From NCBI GenBank assembly GCA_028534125.1, contig CM052816.1, forward strand, positions 84,446,001-84,510,000: 64,000 nucleotides of DNA, given 5' to 3'. Shown piece after piece: positions 1 through 14,146 of this stretch. The notes below the pieces were generated by a model. The model was not told where the DNA came from. It was given only the letters and a program-made list of their open reading frames with translations, and ran no database searches. This DNA is from Lama glama. Taxonomy: Eukaryota. Both the position numbers and the translations under genes were made by a program. Every line of letters begins with the position of its first letter. Positions within the stretch are counted from its first letter, which is position 1.

Positions 1-840
1 AGCTACATTCCAATAACTTTAAATTTTTCTTTTCCACTATCATTCAATCTGACACATTTTTAATTTCCCCTGTGATTCCCTCTTTGACCTATTTATTACT
101 CAATTTTTTTCTAATTTGGAGGGGTTTACCATATTTTTTCATGTTAATGATTTCTAATTTAATTCTGCTGTGGTTAAATAATATATTTTTTTGAAAATTA
201 ATGAATAATTCTTTTAAAGTCTATCATGCGGTTTTCACAGTAGCAGAAATTACATCTTCTACAGTTTTAGCAAGAGTGTTAACAAGTGTCAGTTAGTTCA
301 CATTGGTTGATAATGATGTTCAAATCAATATTTTTACTTTTTGTTTATATGTTCTACCTATAACACAGAGAAGGATGATAAAATCTCCAACTGTTTATAT
401 GAATTTGTCAATTCTGTTGGATTTGCTCCTTGTGTTTTCAGTCCTGTTATTAAATAAAAGCACATTTTGATTGGTTATATTTTTCCAGAGAAATCACTCT
501 TTTGTAATTATAAACTCTTTCTCTTTGCTAATATTCATTTTGCTGAAATTCACTTTCTCACTGACATTAACATTTTCATGCTAGTTTCCTCATGTTTATC
601 ATTTATCTGATAAATTTTATTTCTTTTTTTTTTTTACCCCCAAACTCTGTTTTGTAGTCAATGCAGTCTTCAGACAGCAGAGTCAGGCTGTGCTTTTTAT
701 CCTGTCTGACAGTTTCTGCCTCTTCTACCACGACAGTTCATGTAATTACTGATATGGTTTTAATCAAATTTGTCCTGTTACTATATGCTATTTGTTCTAG
801 TAGCCCCATCTCTTTTCTTCTTCTTCTTCCTTTTTTTAAT
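1..840 (-). mobile_element. old L1 ORF2 fragments (antisense)
   Basis: T-rich sequence with antisense L1 endonuclease-region motifs such as gatttctaatttaattctgctgtggtt and aaaatctccaactgtttatatgaatttgtc. Confidence 0.6.
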
Positions 841-1515
841 GGAAGAAATTATACAGCACTTGGTCCCTTAGATCTTCACTGATTCCAGCAGTGTTTTCTC
901 CTCATCTTCCTGCTCTATGAGGAGAATCTAGCAGAGCGCTTCCCTGTGTTGCGACAAAGAGAAGTAGGGTCTCCCAGTGGAGTCACCACTTGAAAGAGGG
1001 TCACTGGATCAAGAAACAACTGCACTAGGATTTGTGAAAATAAGAACTGGAATGAGTGAAGCCACTGAGATTTAGAGGTTGTTTGTTCTAACAGCTAGCA
1101 TCTCCCTAGTCCATTACTGACCACATTATAAACCCACTTGCTTTAAAAATGTTACTCCCCTTGAGGAGAGCCTCAAGTGCTCCTTTTCCCATCTAGCTTA
1201 CACCTTTGCATGTCTGCCTAAAAGCCCATTTCCTTTTCATCTTCAAGGTTTACCTCAAGATGTGTTTTTAATTTATTCCCCTAAATATAGCTTAAGGTTG
1301 AATTTTTAAAGTATTTTCAAGTGTGCTGACTATTTGGAATCATTTTACTATTGTATATAATTAGTGGTATTTTAAAGTGACATGAGGTGTAAATACTGCT
1401 GTCTTGTGCTGAAAATTGCTTATAGCCTTTTCCATTTACATATAGTATAATTTATTACCCTGTTCCAAAAGTTTCTTACAAAAATGAAAAAATTAGTGAG
1501 GCTTGTAAGATAATT

Positions 1516-1732
1516 TCAAAAAAATTCCTCACTACATTCTTCATTCTTTGATAAACTGATAAGCTCCATCTGCCTGAAAATTGTATCTGATCTCATAATT
1601 TTAGAAATAGAGAGCATAGTTGTCCAGATTCCACCAAACTCACACTTTTGTAAAGCAATGAGATCAATATTTGGAATGCTCGGCCATAAACCTTTTAGGG
1701 GAGTAGGGAATATTTTCTTGCTGCTTATGTAT
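1516..1732 (-). pseudogene. probable terminal coding exon remnant (frame still open)
   Basis: atatttttgcag|A TAC gives YISSKKIFPTPLKGLWPSIPNIDLIALQKCEFGGIWTTMLSISKIMRSDTIFRQMELISLSKNEECSEEFF* (ORF track 1516..1758). Confidence 0.65.
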
Positions 1733-1784
1733 CTGCAAAAATATACTGATGAAAACATGAGAGGAAAAAAAATACTGTTCTCCT

Positions 1785-2006
1785 TGTTAAGACTCCTGAT
1801 TTGAAGTAAGGCAAATGTAGATTCAAGTTGCCTCTGCCATTTACTAGCTGTGTGACTTATGAGAATTTGTTTGACCGTAAGTCCCTCATATATGTAACAG
1901 AAAAAAATAACAAAACAATTATTTTTGTGAGGTAAAGCATGATAATATTCTAAAATATTTTATGTAATTCCTGGAACATATAAGTAGGTAATTAATGCTC
2001 ATTATT
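1785..2006 (+). mobile_element. MIR SINE
   Basis: MIR core ctctgccatttactagctgtgtgactt and a degenerate 3' tail. Confidence 0.7.
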
Positions 2007-2011
2007 GTTAC

Positions 2012-2130
2012 ATTTTATGAAAAGCTTTTTTTAAGGTGCATCAAAATATATAACAATTTAGCCGCAGATGAACAAGAGCAAAGATGCTCTTTCCCCATCA
2101 CTGAAACCCCAGGACAAGGGAACAGCAAAC
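2012..2130 (-). pseudogene. pseudo-exon
   Basis: ctcatttgtaacag| ... AT|gtaaca. Reads LGFQ*WGKSIFALVHLRLNCYIF*CTLKKAFHK, with a phase 2 end matching the next exon. Confidence 0.55.
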
Positions 2131-2589
2131 CTGTTACAAATGAGAATATATTGTCTGTCATTTCTAAACTGCCATGCTGCTAATAAAATAATAAAATAAA
2201 AAAAATTAAATACTAAAATATGAATAATGGGCTGATTGAATGGGTTAAATTTGTTGTGGATATATAAATGGGAAATGACGTTTTTCTCTAAGCTTTGCTT
2301 TTCAGTCAGGTATCTCGAATCACCCTTTTCCACTCTCTTGAAGTCACTCTGGGCAGATCTTAGAGCTTTCTGGCCAGTCTGAGTTACCGCAAAGCTTTTT
2401 CTAGTACAAATTTAAACTCCAATCTCACCCCCATTTACAGTTTTCCCCAACTCCTGAAGTCGGGTCACTGAGATTCCAGGACTGGCAGTACCTGAACAGT
2501 AGTACTTATTCTTTACCTATAACTCTCTCCTTCTTCTAGCCCTTCCACAGCTGGTTGAGAGCAAGGGAAATAACAGAAGATGCATGCAA

Positions 2590-3166
2590 TATGCAGAATA
2601 ATGGTCCCCCAAAGATGCCCACATACAATTTTTCAGAACTTGTGACAATAACCCTTAGGTGAAAAGGTCTTTAGCAGTTGTGGTTGAGATTACAGACTGT
2701 GAGATGAGATTATCCGGGACTGTTTGAGTGGGCACAATCTAATCAAGTGAGTCCTTAGAAGAGAAACTTTTCCAGCTCTGACAGGGGTGCTTTGAAGAAA
2801 GAAGGTCAGAGAGATGGCAACATGAGAAGTATTTTATGCCCAATTCCTGGTTCTGAGATGTAAGGTATTCATGTGAAAAGACCAAAGAGAAACCTCTAGG
2901 AGACATGAGATGCCTCCCACTGAGCACAGGCAAAGAACTGAAGACCTCAGTGACACAGCTGAATAGAACTGAATTGTGCCAATGCATGAATAACCAAGAA
3001 AACAGATTCTCTCCTAGAATAGAATACAGTCTGTCAACACCTCGACCTTAGTCTGGTGAACCCTGTAGGGATTTCTGATCTACAAAACCGTAGGATAATA
3101 TGTATGTGTTGTTTTAAGCCACTGAATATGAGGTAGCTGTTACGGCAGCAATAGAAAGCTAACACA
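2590..3166 (+). mobile_element. MaLR LTR (MLT1 family)
   Basis: gcagaataatggtcccccaaagatg ... ttttaagccactgaatatgaggtagctgttacggcagcaatagaaagctaacaca. Confidence 0.8.
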
Positions 3167-3890
3167 GAGGATAAGTAATACAGCTCATGCTGTTTACAAT
3201 TCTCTGTGTAGCAGGCATCCAAAGTCTGAATTACCCTGGGATGAATCTGTGAGTTTTCAGAGCCCTCAGTGGTCTTCTGTGCTTCAGAGTTCCCTGACAT
3301 GCTTCAGTATTAAGCACAGACTTCTCGACCATATTCTTCCAGTTCCTTCCAGAGCAGTATACTGGGTTTGTAGAGTCCCTCACCCTGGCTGGCTGCCTTC
3401 TTAAGAAAAGTCTCATCAAAATCATTTGAGCATGGTTATCTCCCAATACAGCCACCTGACCTACAGACAATTCTTAACTGCTCTGCCCTTCATAAACCAA
3501 GGGTTGGGGCTGCCATGGCCCCAGTGATACACTCTTGCTTTTCCACAGGGAACAGCTGGCTTAGCATCGGGGTGAGGGACAGGGTGGACAGGAGAAATGC
3601 CAGGATGGGTTGCTCACCCAGACCCACACCATCCATGCTTCCATTTCCTGATAAACTCTTTTCTTATGTTACATAGGCTGGTGTTGAGGGGATTAGATGG
3701 ACATTGCTAACAAGTATGACTTAGTATCTTATATTAACTTTGAAACACTTTTGTTTACTTTCCAGGGCCCATTTTATCAAACAAATATATATACACACAT
3801 ACATATACTTAACTGCATTATATTAACATTGACTTTAAATGTACTTTAAAATTAAAAATTATAAAATTAACACAAATCAGATATAGATAT

Positions 3891-4847
3891 CGGATTCTTT
3901 CTGTTGTGGTCTCCTTAGTTTTCTCAATGGCTGCACAGGCTAGCAGATGGATTCTGAGATTAAATGTTAGCAATGAAAGGCTAATATTAAATCCAGTTCT
4001 TTCCCTGGTATCTTATTCTTCAAGTCCTTCCTCTAGGTAACAAAAACCACAGTACTTTCTCAAGTGGCTTTCCCTAGACTTATAAGAAGTGATATTAAAA
4101 ATCCAGAGGTGTCTACAGGGACAACACAACCATGTTGAAGGAGCTAGAAAACTTAAGACCATAGCTGTCTCCTTGAACTAGACAGAGCCATACAAATGCA
4201 AGCTCTATCAGAAACTGATGAGCAATTTTCACATTTAAATTAAGAGAAAAAGTTTTCAATTTGTAGGGAAGGAGGTTTCCAGGAAGCTGGAAAGAATGAA
4301 AAGAACACAGATTACATGAAGGGAGGTGACTGAAGCTACCTTATTAAGCTTAGACAAAGCTTTTCATCCATGATAACTCCTGTGTTCATCACTGGCTTGT
4401 CTACCATGGAAGATGGAAAAAGTCACTTTAAGAAAATTGAATCCAGGCTTTCATGATTTCCTCATATAAGCTTTTCTCTTTGGCATAAGCCTGAGAACCC
4501 ACATAAAAATTCCTTATACATCTTTTTTATTATTAAAAAAACTGAATTGTTAAGCTATTTTTTCATTGTCTCCTACTTCAAGATGACTACAAGAGAACTC
4601 AGTAAAACAATTTTCAAAGACAGTAATAAACTTGTCACATGAATGGATGATGTAAAAGTTCTATTTCATTGGCTTTAAGATTTTCATAACTTGCTTGTCC
4701 AAGAAGAGACCAGTATTAACACTGCTGGGAATCAAACTCCCTACTTGAAAGAACAGTAGAAACACTAGCAAAGACTGAAGAAAGATTGAACATGAAAGGG
4801 AAAGATTTAGGGAATCAATCAACAGGAAACTGTCCAACATTCTTTCC
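3891..4847 (-). pseudogene. large pseudo-exon (donor apparently GT>AT)
   Basis: ttttttcttcag|G GAA AGA ATG (phase 2). Fragments: ERMLDSFLL, WSLLGQASYENLKANEIELL, KEKSLYEEIMKAWIQF, LNVKIAHQFLIELAFVWLCLVQGDSYG, NLRIHLLACAAIEKTKETTTERIR. 957 nt with many stops and shifts. Confidence 0.6.
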
Positions 4848-5451
4848 CTGAAGAAAAAACAGCATATAAACCTACTGGCTTTATTATCTAGCTTGGAGCA
4901 GCGCTCTCAGTGGGTTGAAACTTTGTTTACTTTTTGATTTCTTCCCACTCTCTACCTGCAGCTAATTCCTGGCAGGATGCCATCAGGGTATTTAAACCCT
5001 TTTATATCTCTGTCAAAAAGGAAAGAGCAGTTGACTGTATTGAAATAGATATTATGAAGACATCATTCAGGTGAAACAAGGCTAAAAGCATGCAGGGGTG
5101 AAGAATAAGCCATCTGGGAGAAAAAAATGGCAAATTTCAAGACTCTATAATCTATGATCCTTAAGAATAACTTAATAATGTCTACATAATCTAGATCACT
5201 AGGCTAAATTTTAATAGTGGAGCATTAAGGCTTTAGAGCATCATGGAAAAAAATCATAACATAGTTTCTCATTCATTTTCCTAGTTACCATAAGACAATT
5301 GAGACATGTCAAATAATCCTTAGTTTTCTTTAATGTTCATATAATATCTATAAATGCAGTTGCTGCGGCTCTGAGAAGTCCCAAACCAACCCTAATATCT
5401 GTGTGAGTCTATGTTACCATTTCTCTGTAATACGATATAAAAAAAATTTAC

Positions 5452-5946
5452 TCATACTGCATTTCAATATCCAAAAAAATTAGAGATTGCTTTTTTTTCC
5501 TTATAATACACCTAATAATTCTTTGAAACATCCCCATCCCTGTCAACATCTCTCTGGTAGTGGTAGGATTTACAATTAGCAATTAACTATATCTGAATTC
5601 TTTTCAGTTAAAGAAATTATCTTTTCAGCTTAAGCAACCTTTTTCATATAAACAGCAGACATTTTCAACTCCACAGTGCTTGCAAGGATTTGATCTAAAC
5701 CATACACTGCTTCCTCTTCCAGTATTAAATGCTTAATGCTTAATCTTAATGGTTACATATATTCCCTTTGCTCATAGTTTGTGAAACACCATCTGCCTCT
5801 GGTCTGGATTTACAAAAAGAAGAGCTTTGGAGTATATGTCCATCTTCCTTCAGGAATATTGTCTTATGAAAGGGATCAAAAAAAGTCAGAACCAATCAAT
5901 GATGTCTTACTTTAGGTGATATGTATGTTCTTTTCTGAGATTCACT
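5452..5946 (-). pseudogene. pseudo-exon
   Basis: ctgtctttaag|A (phase 2). Reads VNLRKEHTYHLK*DIIDWF*LFLIPFIRQYS*RKMDIYSKALLFVNPDQRQMVFHKL*AKGIYVTIKIKH/LILEEEAVYGLDQILASTVELKMSAVYMKKVA ... QSLIFLDIEMQY(E). Donor GA|gtaaat. Confidence 0.7.
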
Positions 5947-8900
5947 CTTAAAGACAGAAAGCAACTGATTTAAGGGTAGAGTTGGGCCAATTCAAATTTA
6001 TCAACTAAATGTGTCCAATGTAGTAAATTCCATTACAATCCTCTTTTTCTCATTGCCAACTAAGAGAAAATAAAAAAACACTGTTGTGTTAAAAATACTG
6101 TTTTGTTTCTTCCCAAAAGAGAAGAAAATTACAAATAGCATATTATACACCCTATATAACACTAGGAAAAAAATAGAGTACTGAAATTTGACTATCTTTA
6201 TTAACCTTTACAGAGAAGCAGGTTCATGTGGGTTCTAACATCTACTTAGAAAAATTATAGATCTAGGAAATAAATACAAATAATGTAGCCACTAGAACAC
6301 TTATCCACCTCTAAATCACTTACTAACATTGAATAATTTTTACTTTCGAGGCAGAGATGCTCTTATGGCAGAGTCTGGAGGCAAAATATGAGGAAGGAGA
6401 ATAATATCTTTCATTTAACTCGTATGTCTAGGGACCTTGGGATCAAGATGACTGAGGAGGAAGATGCTCAGCTTACCTCCCCCCATGGACACACCAAACC
6501 TACAGCTACACATTAAACCACTGTGTCTGAGAACGACCTGAGGACTAGCAGAACTGATTTTCTACAGCTAAGGATATGAAAAAAAAAAAACCCACCCTGA
6601 GACAGCTGGGAAGGGCAGAGAAGCAGTCTAGTTTGAACCCAGCCCCCCCCCACACAGTGCAGCGACCTACAAGTAGGAAGGATATCATAATTGCAGAGGT
6701 ACCATCTGAGGAGTGGTGGTTCAAGCCCTGTGTTGAGCTCTCCATCCCAGGAGACCTAGAGGGAAGACAAGCCCCTGCAATGTCTGAACTTGAAAACCAG
6801 TAGAGCCTATGTCCAGCAGACTGACAGAGCTGTGGAACAGCTGCCTCTGCTCCTGAAAGGCTCACACACAAACTCACTCTCTCCAAGTCCCATGGCAGAG
6901 GCAGCAGATTGAAAAGCATCTGGGTAACATAACGAGATTCACTGACTAGTTTTAGAATAAGTGCTAGAGAATCTGGTGGAAATTTCTCCAGGTATAGAAG
7001 TTCTGGGGGCCTTTTTTTTTTTTTAATTTTCCTTCCAGCTAGTTGGTCTGACAGTGGCAGTAGGCATTTATTTCACCTTCTGTCACCCTCACTAATACCA
7101 AATGCCCCACGCTGGCATTTTGCTTTAGGACTAGCTCCACAGAAACCACTCATCCAAGCCAGCCCCACATCACCCCACTGAGCAGGTGGCCCATGTTGGA
7201 ACTGGTGCTCCTACAAAGTGGCTCCCCTCCAAAGAACCAGCCACACACACCAGTGCACCCTCCACAGTCCTGGTGGGGCTTTGTAGCCACTCACACTAGG
7301 GGCCAGCCTCACATGGCAGGACACCTACAACAGTTGCAGCTGGAGCTTCTACACAGCCTGGCAGGAGACAAGCCTCACCCACCAGTGTGCCCAGGACAAT
7401 CTGAGCCCAAGTACAGCAGGAGGGCACATGCAGGCCACATAAGGGCACCCTTGGGGTGATGGTGCCACTGGACCCCACAGGACACCTTCTACATAAAGAC
7501 ACCTGTTCAAGACGTGGATATGTATCTGATATACATAGTACATAGAAACAAACAGAGAGTCAGACAAAGTGAGAAGACAAAGAAATACCTTCCCAATGAA
7601 ATAGGAAAACAAAACCTCAAAAAAAAAAAAAAACTAAACTAAATGGAGATAAGCAGATAAACAGTTCAAAGTAATTGTCATAAAAATGCTCACTGAACTC
7701 AGGAGAAAAACGGATGAACTCAGGGAGAACATCAATAAAAAGAAAGAATAAATAAGAAAAATCAGAGTGAAAAACACAATAACTGAAATTAAAAATACAC
7801 TAGAGGAAAATCAACAGAAGATCGCAGGATGCAGAAGAACAAATCAGAGGTCTGGAAGATAGGGTAGTAACAATCATCCAGTCAAAACAGCAAAAAAATT
7901 TTTTTAAATCAAAAAATGAGAATCATTTAAGGGACACCTAGGACAACATCAAACATATCAATATTAGCATTACAGGAATCCCAGAAGGAAAGATTTGAAG
8001 AAATAATGGCTGAAAATTTCCCTAACCTGGAGAAGGAAAGAGACATCCAAGTCCAGGAAGTACAGAGAGTCCCAAACAAGATAAACACAAAGAGACCTGC
8101 ACTAAGACAACGTGTAATTAAAATGGCAAAAATTAAAGATAAAGAGACAATCTTAGAAGCAGTAAGAGAAAAGCAAATACAAAGGACCACCCATAAGACA
8201 ATCAGATGGCTTTTCCGTGCAAAGCAGAGACTACAAATAGCAGCCATGCAGCAAGTGTGATCACAGTTCACAGTGACCTGTTCCACAGGCAAATCCAGGA
8301 GATTTCACCACTGATGAAAACAACAGCCATCACAGTGCCACAGAACCCCTCAGAGAGTTCACCAGCTTTTGTCTCACAGGGATCTGGATTTTCTGATGCC
8401 AGGTACCTAAATCCCCCTGGCACCCTTCTCCCTCTCCCCATCCCACTGGAGTCTGGGCACTGCACCAACAGTTCGGGCCTCTGTAGCTGCACAAATGCAA
8501 GATGCCAGACTAGACACCACCCTGGCTGTCTCTCGCAGCTGTGTGTGTCCCCAAAGACAGCCCCTCCAGCTGTGTACCTGCACACCACCAGCTTGACACC
8601 TGTCACTTGCCACCACTGAAGTGCACACACCTGGGTGGAGAATATGTGGCCACAGAGGAGCATGCAGACAGCCAGGGCCCCCAGAGCTGCTTGTGGGTTC
8701 AAATAAGGCCCTGTTTTCTGTCACTGTCCTGTCCCACTGTGCTCACCTTTAGCCAGCCCCTCCAGCTGTGCACCTGTAGGCCCCTGGCCTGACTCATATC
8801 ACCAGACTTCATTGCAGTATGCACACCAGAGGGGAGACTGTGCAGCCACAGAAGAGCATGCTAGAAGCCAGTGTCCCCTTAGCTGGCCTTTACTGTCAGC

Positions 8901-11547
8901 CCTGGCCACCACGAGTACCCCAAGAGTCCTTTCAGACCCTGTGGTTCCACCGTAGTGCTGACCAGGAAACACACATTGTCAATGCTGTGGACCCCAGTGG
9001 CCTGAACCCAAAGAGACAGCATGTCCCACCAGCCCCAGTGATGCCACATTCCTCCACACTTGGTGCCCTGCACCACTACACCTAGAGTCACAGCATCCTC
9101 CAGTGTGCCCCCACTATATATGTGTCTGCAACTAGCCCCTGCTTCTCCATAGGCACCTGGAGCTGGCCCCCATGGATGACTCTGTGTACATCACTGGCTC
9201 CGGCCACCAAAGCTGCCTGCCCTGATCCCTAGCTGCTTGACCTGATAGTGGAGGACCTCAAAATCTTACTTTAAACAATAGATAAATGATCCAGACAAAA
9301 AATCTACAACAAAAAGTTGAATGTGAACCATACTTTAGACCAAATGGCCCTAACAGATACAACAGGACATTCCATCCAATGGCAGAAGAATACACGTACT
9401 TTTCCAGTAAACAAGGAACATTCTCCAGAACAGATCATATTATGACATGTTTAACGAAACAACAAAAGACTATATTTAACAAAACAAGTCTTATCAAATT
9501 TAAGAGGATTGAAATCATTACAAGTATCTTTTCCTACCACAATGTGATAGATGAAGCTAAAAACCAAGAACAGAAGAAGAGCTTGAAAATTCACAAATAT
9601 GTGGAAATTAAATAACACATCCTTGAACAGCCAATGGGTCAAAAAAAATCAAAGTGAAATAAAAAATAGTTTGAAACAAACAAAAATACAATCATGATGT
9701 ATAAGAACTTATATGCTACAGCAAAAGCAGTTCTAAGAGAGAAGTTTACAGTGATAAACACATTAAGAAAAAAATAAAGACCTGAAATAAATAACCTAAC
9801 TTTAAACCTCAAAGAACTGAACATGAAGAACAAAGTAAGCCCCAAATCAGCAGGAAGACAGAAATAAGAACGATCAGAACAAAATAAATTAAACTAAGAC
9901 CAGAAAGAGAATTGAAAAGATTAATGAACCTAAGAGCTTTTTTTGCATCTGACATGATCTTATATCTATAAAGTCCTAAAGAATCAATCAAAAAACAAAA
10001 AGGACTGTTAGAACAAATCAATGAATTTAGTAAAGTTGCAGGATACAAAATCAATAAACAAAAATTAATTGTGTTTCTATACACTAAGAACAAACAATCT
10101 GAAAAAGGAATACAGAATACAATTCCACTTACAGTAACATAAAAAAAAAAACCTTAGGATTAAATTTAACTAAGGAAGTGAAAGATCTAAACACAGTAAA
10201 CTATTAAGATTTTTGATGAAAGAATTTGGAGACAGAAACTAATTGAAAGCTAGTTCATGTTCTTGGATTGGAAGGATTAATATTGTTAAAATATCAATAC
10301 CACCTAAAGCCATCTATAGATTCAGTGCAATCTCTATCAAGACCCCAATGACATTTTTCACAAAAGTAGAAAAGCAATCTCAAAATTAGTACCAAGCTAC
10401 AAAAGATCCAAATAGGCAAAGCAATACTGAGGGGGGCTGGGGAAGTGGGGAAACAAAGCTGGAGGCATCACACTTCTGATTTCAAACTATACTGGTACAG
10501 TCAATTAATACATGACATGGAAGCCAAAATATTCAATGGGGAAATGGTAGTTTCTCGCATAAATGGCGCTGGGAAAACTGGGTAACCAAATGCAAAAGAA
10601 TGAAATTGGACCCCTATCTTACACCACTCACAAAAATTAATTTGAAATGGTATAAAGAGTTAAACACAAGAAATGGAAGTAAAATCCTAGAAGAAAACAT
10701 AAGCAAAATCTCCTTGACATTGGTCTTGGCAATGATTTTTTTTTCTATCTGTGTTTTTATAAATGTATTTGACATATAATACTGTATTAGTTTCAGGTAC
10801 ACAACATGACTTCATTATATATATTGTATCTATCTATCTATATATACACACACATATATTTTTATATATCTACATAATACATATATATATAGTTAAAATG
10901 ATCACCGCATGAAGTCTAGTTAACATCCATCACCACACATAGATATTTTTCAAAGCAATGTGTTTATAGTTGCAAAAATAAAACCAGGGAACCATCCAAA
11001 TGTGCACAGCAAGAAAATGAATGAACTGTGGTAACTCGAAACAGTGAAGGTAACAGAACCTATACATAACAAATATCAATCTCAGAAACAATGCTGAGGG
11101 ACAAAAAGCAAGCTTCATAAGACTAAATACAATACAATGCCATGTGCATAAAGCTAAAAACAAGGAAAATAAACATTATATTGTTTAGGCCAATGTGTAT
11201 ATGTAGTTGGGGTAAAACTCCTTTTCAAAAAGAAGTAAAATGAATGAAGAAATGATCACCATGACAATTAACCGAGATTAGTTACCTCTGGGGTGCAGCT
11301 ATGAGTAAGGATTAAGGAGGAACACCCAGGGAGCTTGAGCAGTTTCTAGTAATGTTCTGGATTCTAAATTAGACAGTAGGAAGTTCATTTTATTATTAAG
11401 ACATTTTATATTTTCTATCTATTGCACGGATCAAATAACATCTGTTCAAACTTAGAAAAACTGGGGCACAAAATGGGATTTGGAAATAATGATTTTTTGG
11501 ACATGACAACAAAAGCACAAGCAAGAAACATAAAACAGGTGGGTCTA

Positions 11548-11802
11548 CAGTCATCCCTCAGTATCATTAGGGAATTGGTTCTAGGAACCCTTGTGATACC
11601 AGAATCTGTGCATGCTCAAGTCCCTTACATAAAATAATGTAATATTTACATATAATCTACCACATCTTCCTGTATACTTAAATTACCTCTAGATAACTTA
11701 TAATATCTAATAAAATGTAAATGTTGTGTAAGTACAATGTAAATGCTGTATATAGCTGTTGATGCAGCAAATTTAAGTTTTGCTTTTTGGAACTTTCTGG
11801 AA
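11548..11802 (+). mobile_element. MER2-like TcMar-Tigger DNA transposon (partial)
   Basis: ta|cagtcatccctcagtatc...gaattggttctaggaacc...gctcaagtcccttacataaaa matches the MER2 5' end as I recall it. Confidence 0.75.
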
Positions 11803-12709
11803 ACAATTGACATACTAATAAGGTAACCTGTAGAATGGGATAAAGTATTCATAAATCATATATCTGAAAAGGGATTAATATCCAAAATATATAAAGAAAT
11901 CATATCAACATCAAAGAAAAAAATCCAATTAAATGGGCAGTGAACTCAATAGACATTTTCCCAAAGAAGACGTACAAATGACCAACAGGTACATGAAAGG
12001 TGCTCAACAGCACTAATCATCAGGGAAACACAAAACAAAATTACAGTAGACATTGCCTTACACCTGTTAGAATGGCTGTCATCAAAAAGACAAGAGATAA
12101 GGTTTGGTGAGGATGTGGATAAAAGGGAGCCTTTGTGCATTTTTGGTGGAACTGTAAATTGGTACAATCATTATCAAAAACAGTATGAAGTTTCCTCAAA
12201 AAATTCAGATAGGTACCATATGACCTAGCAATCCCACTTCTTGTTATATATTCAAAAATAAAAAATAAAAACAGGATCACAAGGAGGTATTTTCATTCCC
12301 ATGTTCATTGCAGCATTATTCACAGTGGCCAGAATATGGAAATCACCTAAGTGTCTGTCAGTGGATAAATGATAAAGAAAATATGGTATGTGTATATAAT
12401 GGAATGTTACTTAGCAACAAGAAAGAAGGATTTCCTGCCATTTGCAACAATGTGGATGAACCCTGAAGGCCATAGTATGTGAGATGAAACAAGTCAGACA
12501 GAGGAAGATAAATACTGTAATGATGTCACTTATACATAGAATCTAAGAAAGCTGCACTCATCGAAACAGATAACAGAGTTGTGGTTACCAAGGCCAGGGG
12601 TTTGGGGGGAATGGTGAGGTGTTGGTTAAAGTGTACAAACTTCCAGACATAAAATGAATAAGTTCTGAGGATTTAATAATGCTCATAGTTAATAAAACTG
12701 TAGTATATA

Positions 12710-12925
12710 CAGTTGACTCTTAAACAACACGATTTGACTGCATAGATCCACTTAAACTCGGATTTTTTAAAATAAATTCATACTACAGTTCTACATGATC
12801 TCAGGTTGGTTGAAACAGTATTTGCAGAATTGCTGATAGACAGGTCCAAACGTAAAGTAATATGTGGATTTTCAGCTGTGTGGGGCTCAGAACCCCCAAC
12901 CGTTGCATTGTTCAAGGGTCCACTG
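12710..12925 (+). mobile_element. MER8-like Tigger MITE with TIRs and TA target duplication
   Basis: ta|cagttgactcttaaacaac ... ttgttcaagggtccactg|ta. Confidence 0.8.
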
Positions 12926-13691
12926 TACCTGAAAGTTGTTAAGAGGATATATCTCAAATTTTCTCACTACGAAAAGAAATGGTAATTACATGACGTGACG
13001 GATACATTAGCAAATGCCATGGTGGTAATCATTTTGCAATATATGTGTATCAAATGAACATGTTTAAACTTTAAAGTTAAACAATGTTATTTGTCAATTA
13101 TGTCTCAATAAAGATAGGAAAATTAACTGTCAAAAAGTTAGAATGTAAAATAGAATAGTATTCCACTACCATAAGATTATCAACAATTATTTTATTTTAT
13201 ACTATTCTGTTTCTCTCCTATGTTTGCTTCAAAGTTGTATTTCTTCTACCTAGATCTGTTTCTTGTCATTAGCCTCATGGAATGTTTCAAAAATTATGCT
13301 CCATGTACCTTAATGGGTACATGATTTCCATTTCGGTTGATGAAACAGTTTTGGAATAAAGAGCAGTGATGGTTGCACAACATTGTGAATGTAATACCAC
13401 TGCACTGTACACTTACAATGATAAAAATGGTAAATTTAACATTACATATATTTTATAACAATAAAAAAGTATATAAAATCAAAAAGACATTTCTCAATTA
13501 AAAATAAAGTCAGTTTTTATGAATCAACATTACAAATATTGTAAGTCTAATAATGCATAGACAGCAGTATTTGGACTGTGATAATGAGCAATTGACCATA
13601 TTGAGAAAATTATTTGATTATTATATTTTCTTACACAGGAATTCAGTAGGGGTTACTTTACAAATTTCTCCTTGATATAAATAGTTCTTAC

Positions 13692-14146
13692 TGTAGCTGG
13701 GTTATTTGAGGCTGGATGTTACAGCTCTTAAGAGCATCAAGGTTTAATGCCACCTCTTTCAATTTCCTCAGAAGTGTTTCGACAACACACATGGTTCACT
13801 CAGCTTAATGATCTGGGACAATGGGAATGTGCACATCTTGTTTTGTGGCTTTCTGCATATGAGACATTCATGAATATTTTGACATTCACGAATAAAATGA
13901 GTCAAACACCACTATCTTTCTTCTTACAGAAAGCTTGTAAGCATAAACAGAGTAAATTCAGACATACGTTTTAATATACTGTATGTCTGTCCTGGATCTA
14001 CTTTAAAAGGTGAAAGTTGAGTAGAATAATTTCCCAGCAATATATCTTAATCAAGATTTACTGATTTTTTTTTCTGCTTTAAAACATTTTAAATGGTTCA
14101 CTTTCAATATACCAATGAATCTGATATTGCCAGCCATCATTATAAC
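13692..14146 (-). pseudogene. pseudo-exon (acceptor degenerate: ttctttcatg|)
   Basis: Phase 1 start (S)YNDGWQYQIHWYIESEPFKM/FKAEKKSVNLD*DILLGNYSTQLSPFKVDPGQTYSILKRMSEFTLFMLTSFL ... CVVETLLRKLKEVALNLDALKSCNIQPQITQL. Donor CA|gtaaga (phase 2). Confidence 0.65.

Larger units (their letters stand above)
6432..13125 (+). mobile_element. composite older L1 region: 5'UTR, ORF1 and ORF2 fragments and 3' end, with nested insertions
   Basis: gatcaagatg L1 start. ORF1 peptide MAENFPNLEKERDIQVQEVQRVPNK (8006-8260), endonuclease remnant RTFHPMAEEYTYFSSKQGTFSRTDHI (9286-9615), 3' end tgtcaattatgtctcaataaag near 13110. Confidence 0.85.

Noticed and set aside
13853..13967. Possible 115-nt intron within the 13.7-14.1 kb exon
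   Set aside because: The reading frame continues through it (ILKRMSEFTLFMLTSFL) and the pyrimidine tract is poor. Treated as one exon but not excluded.
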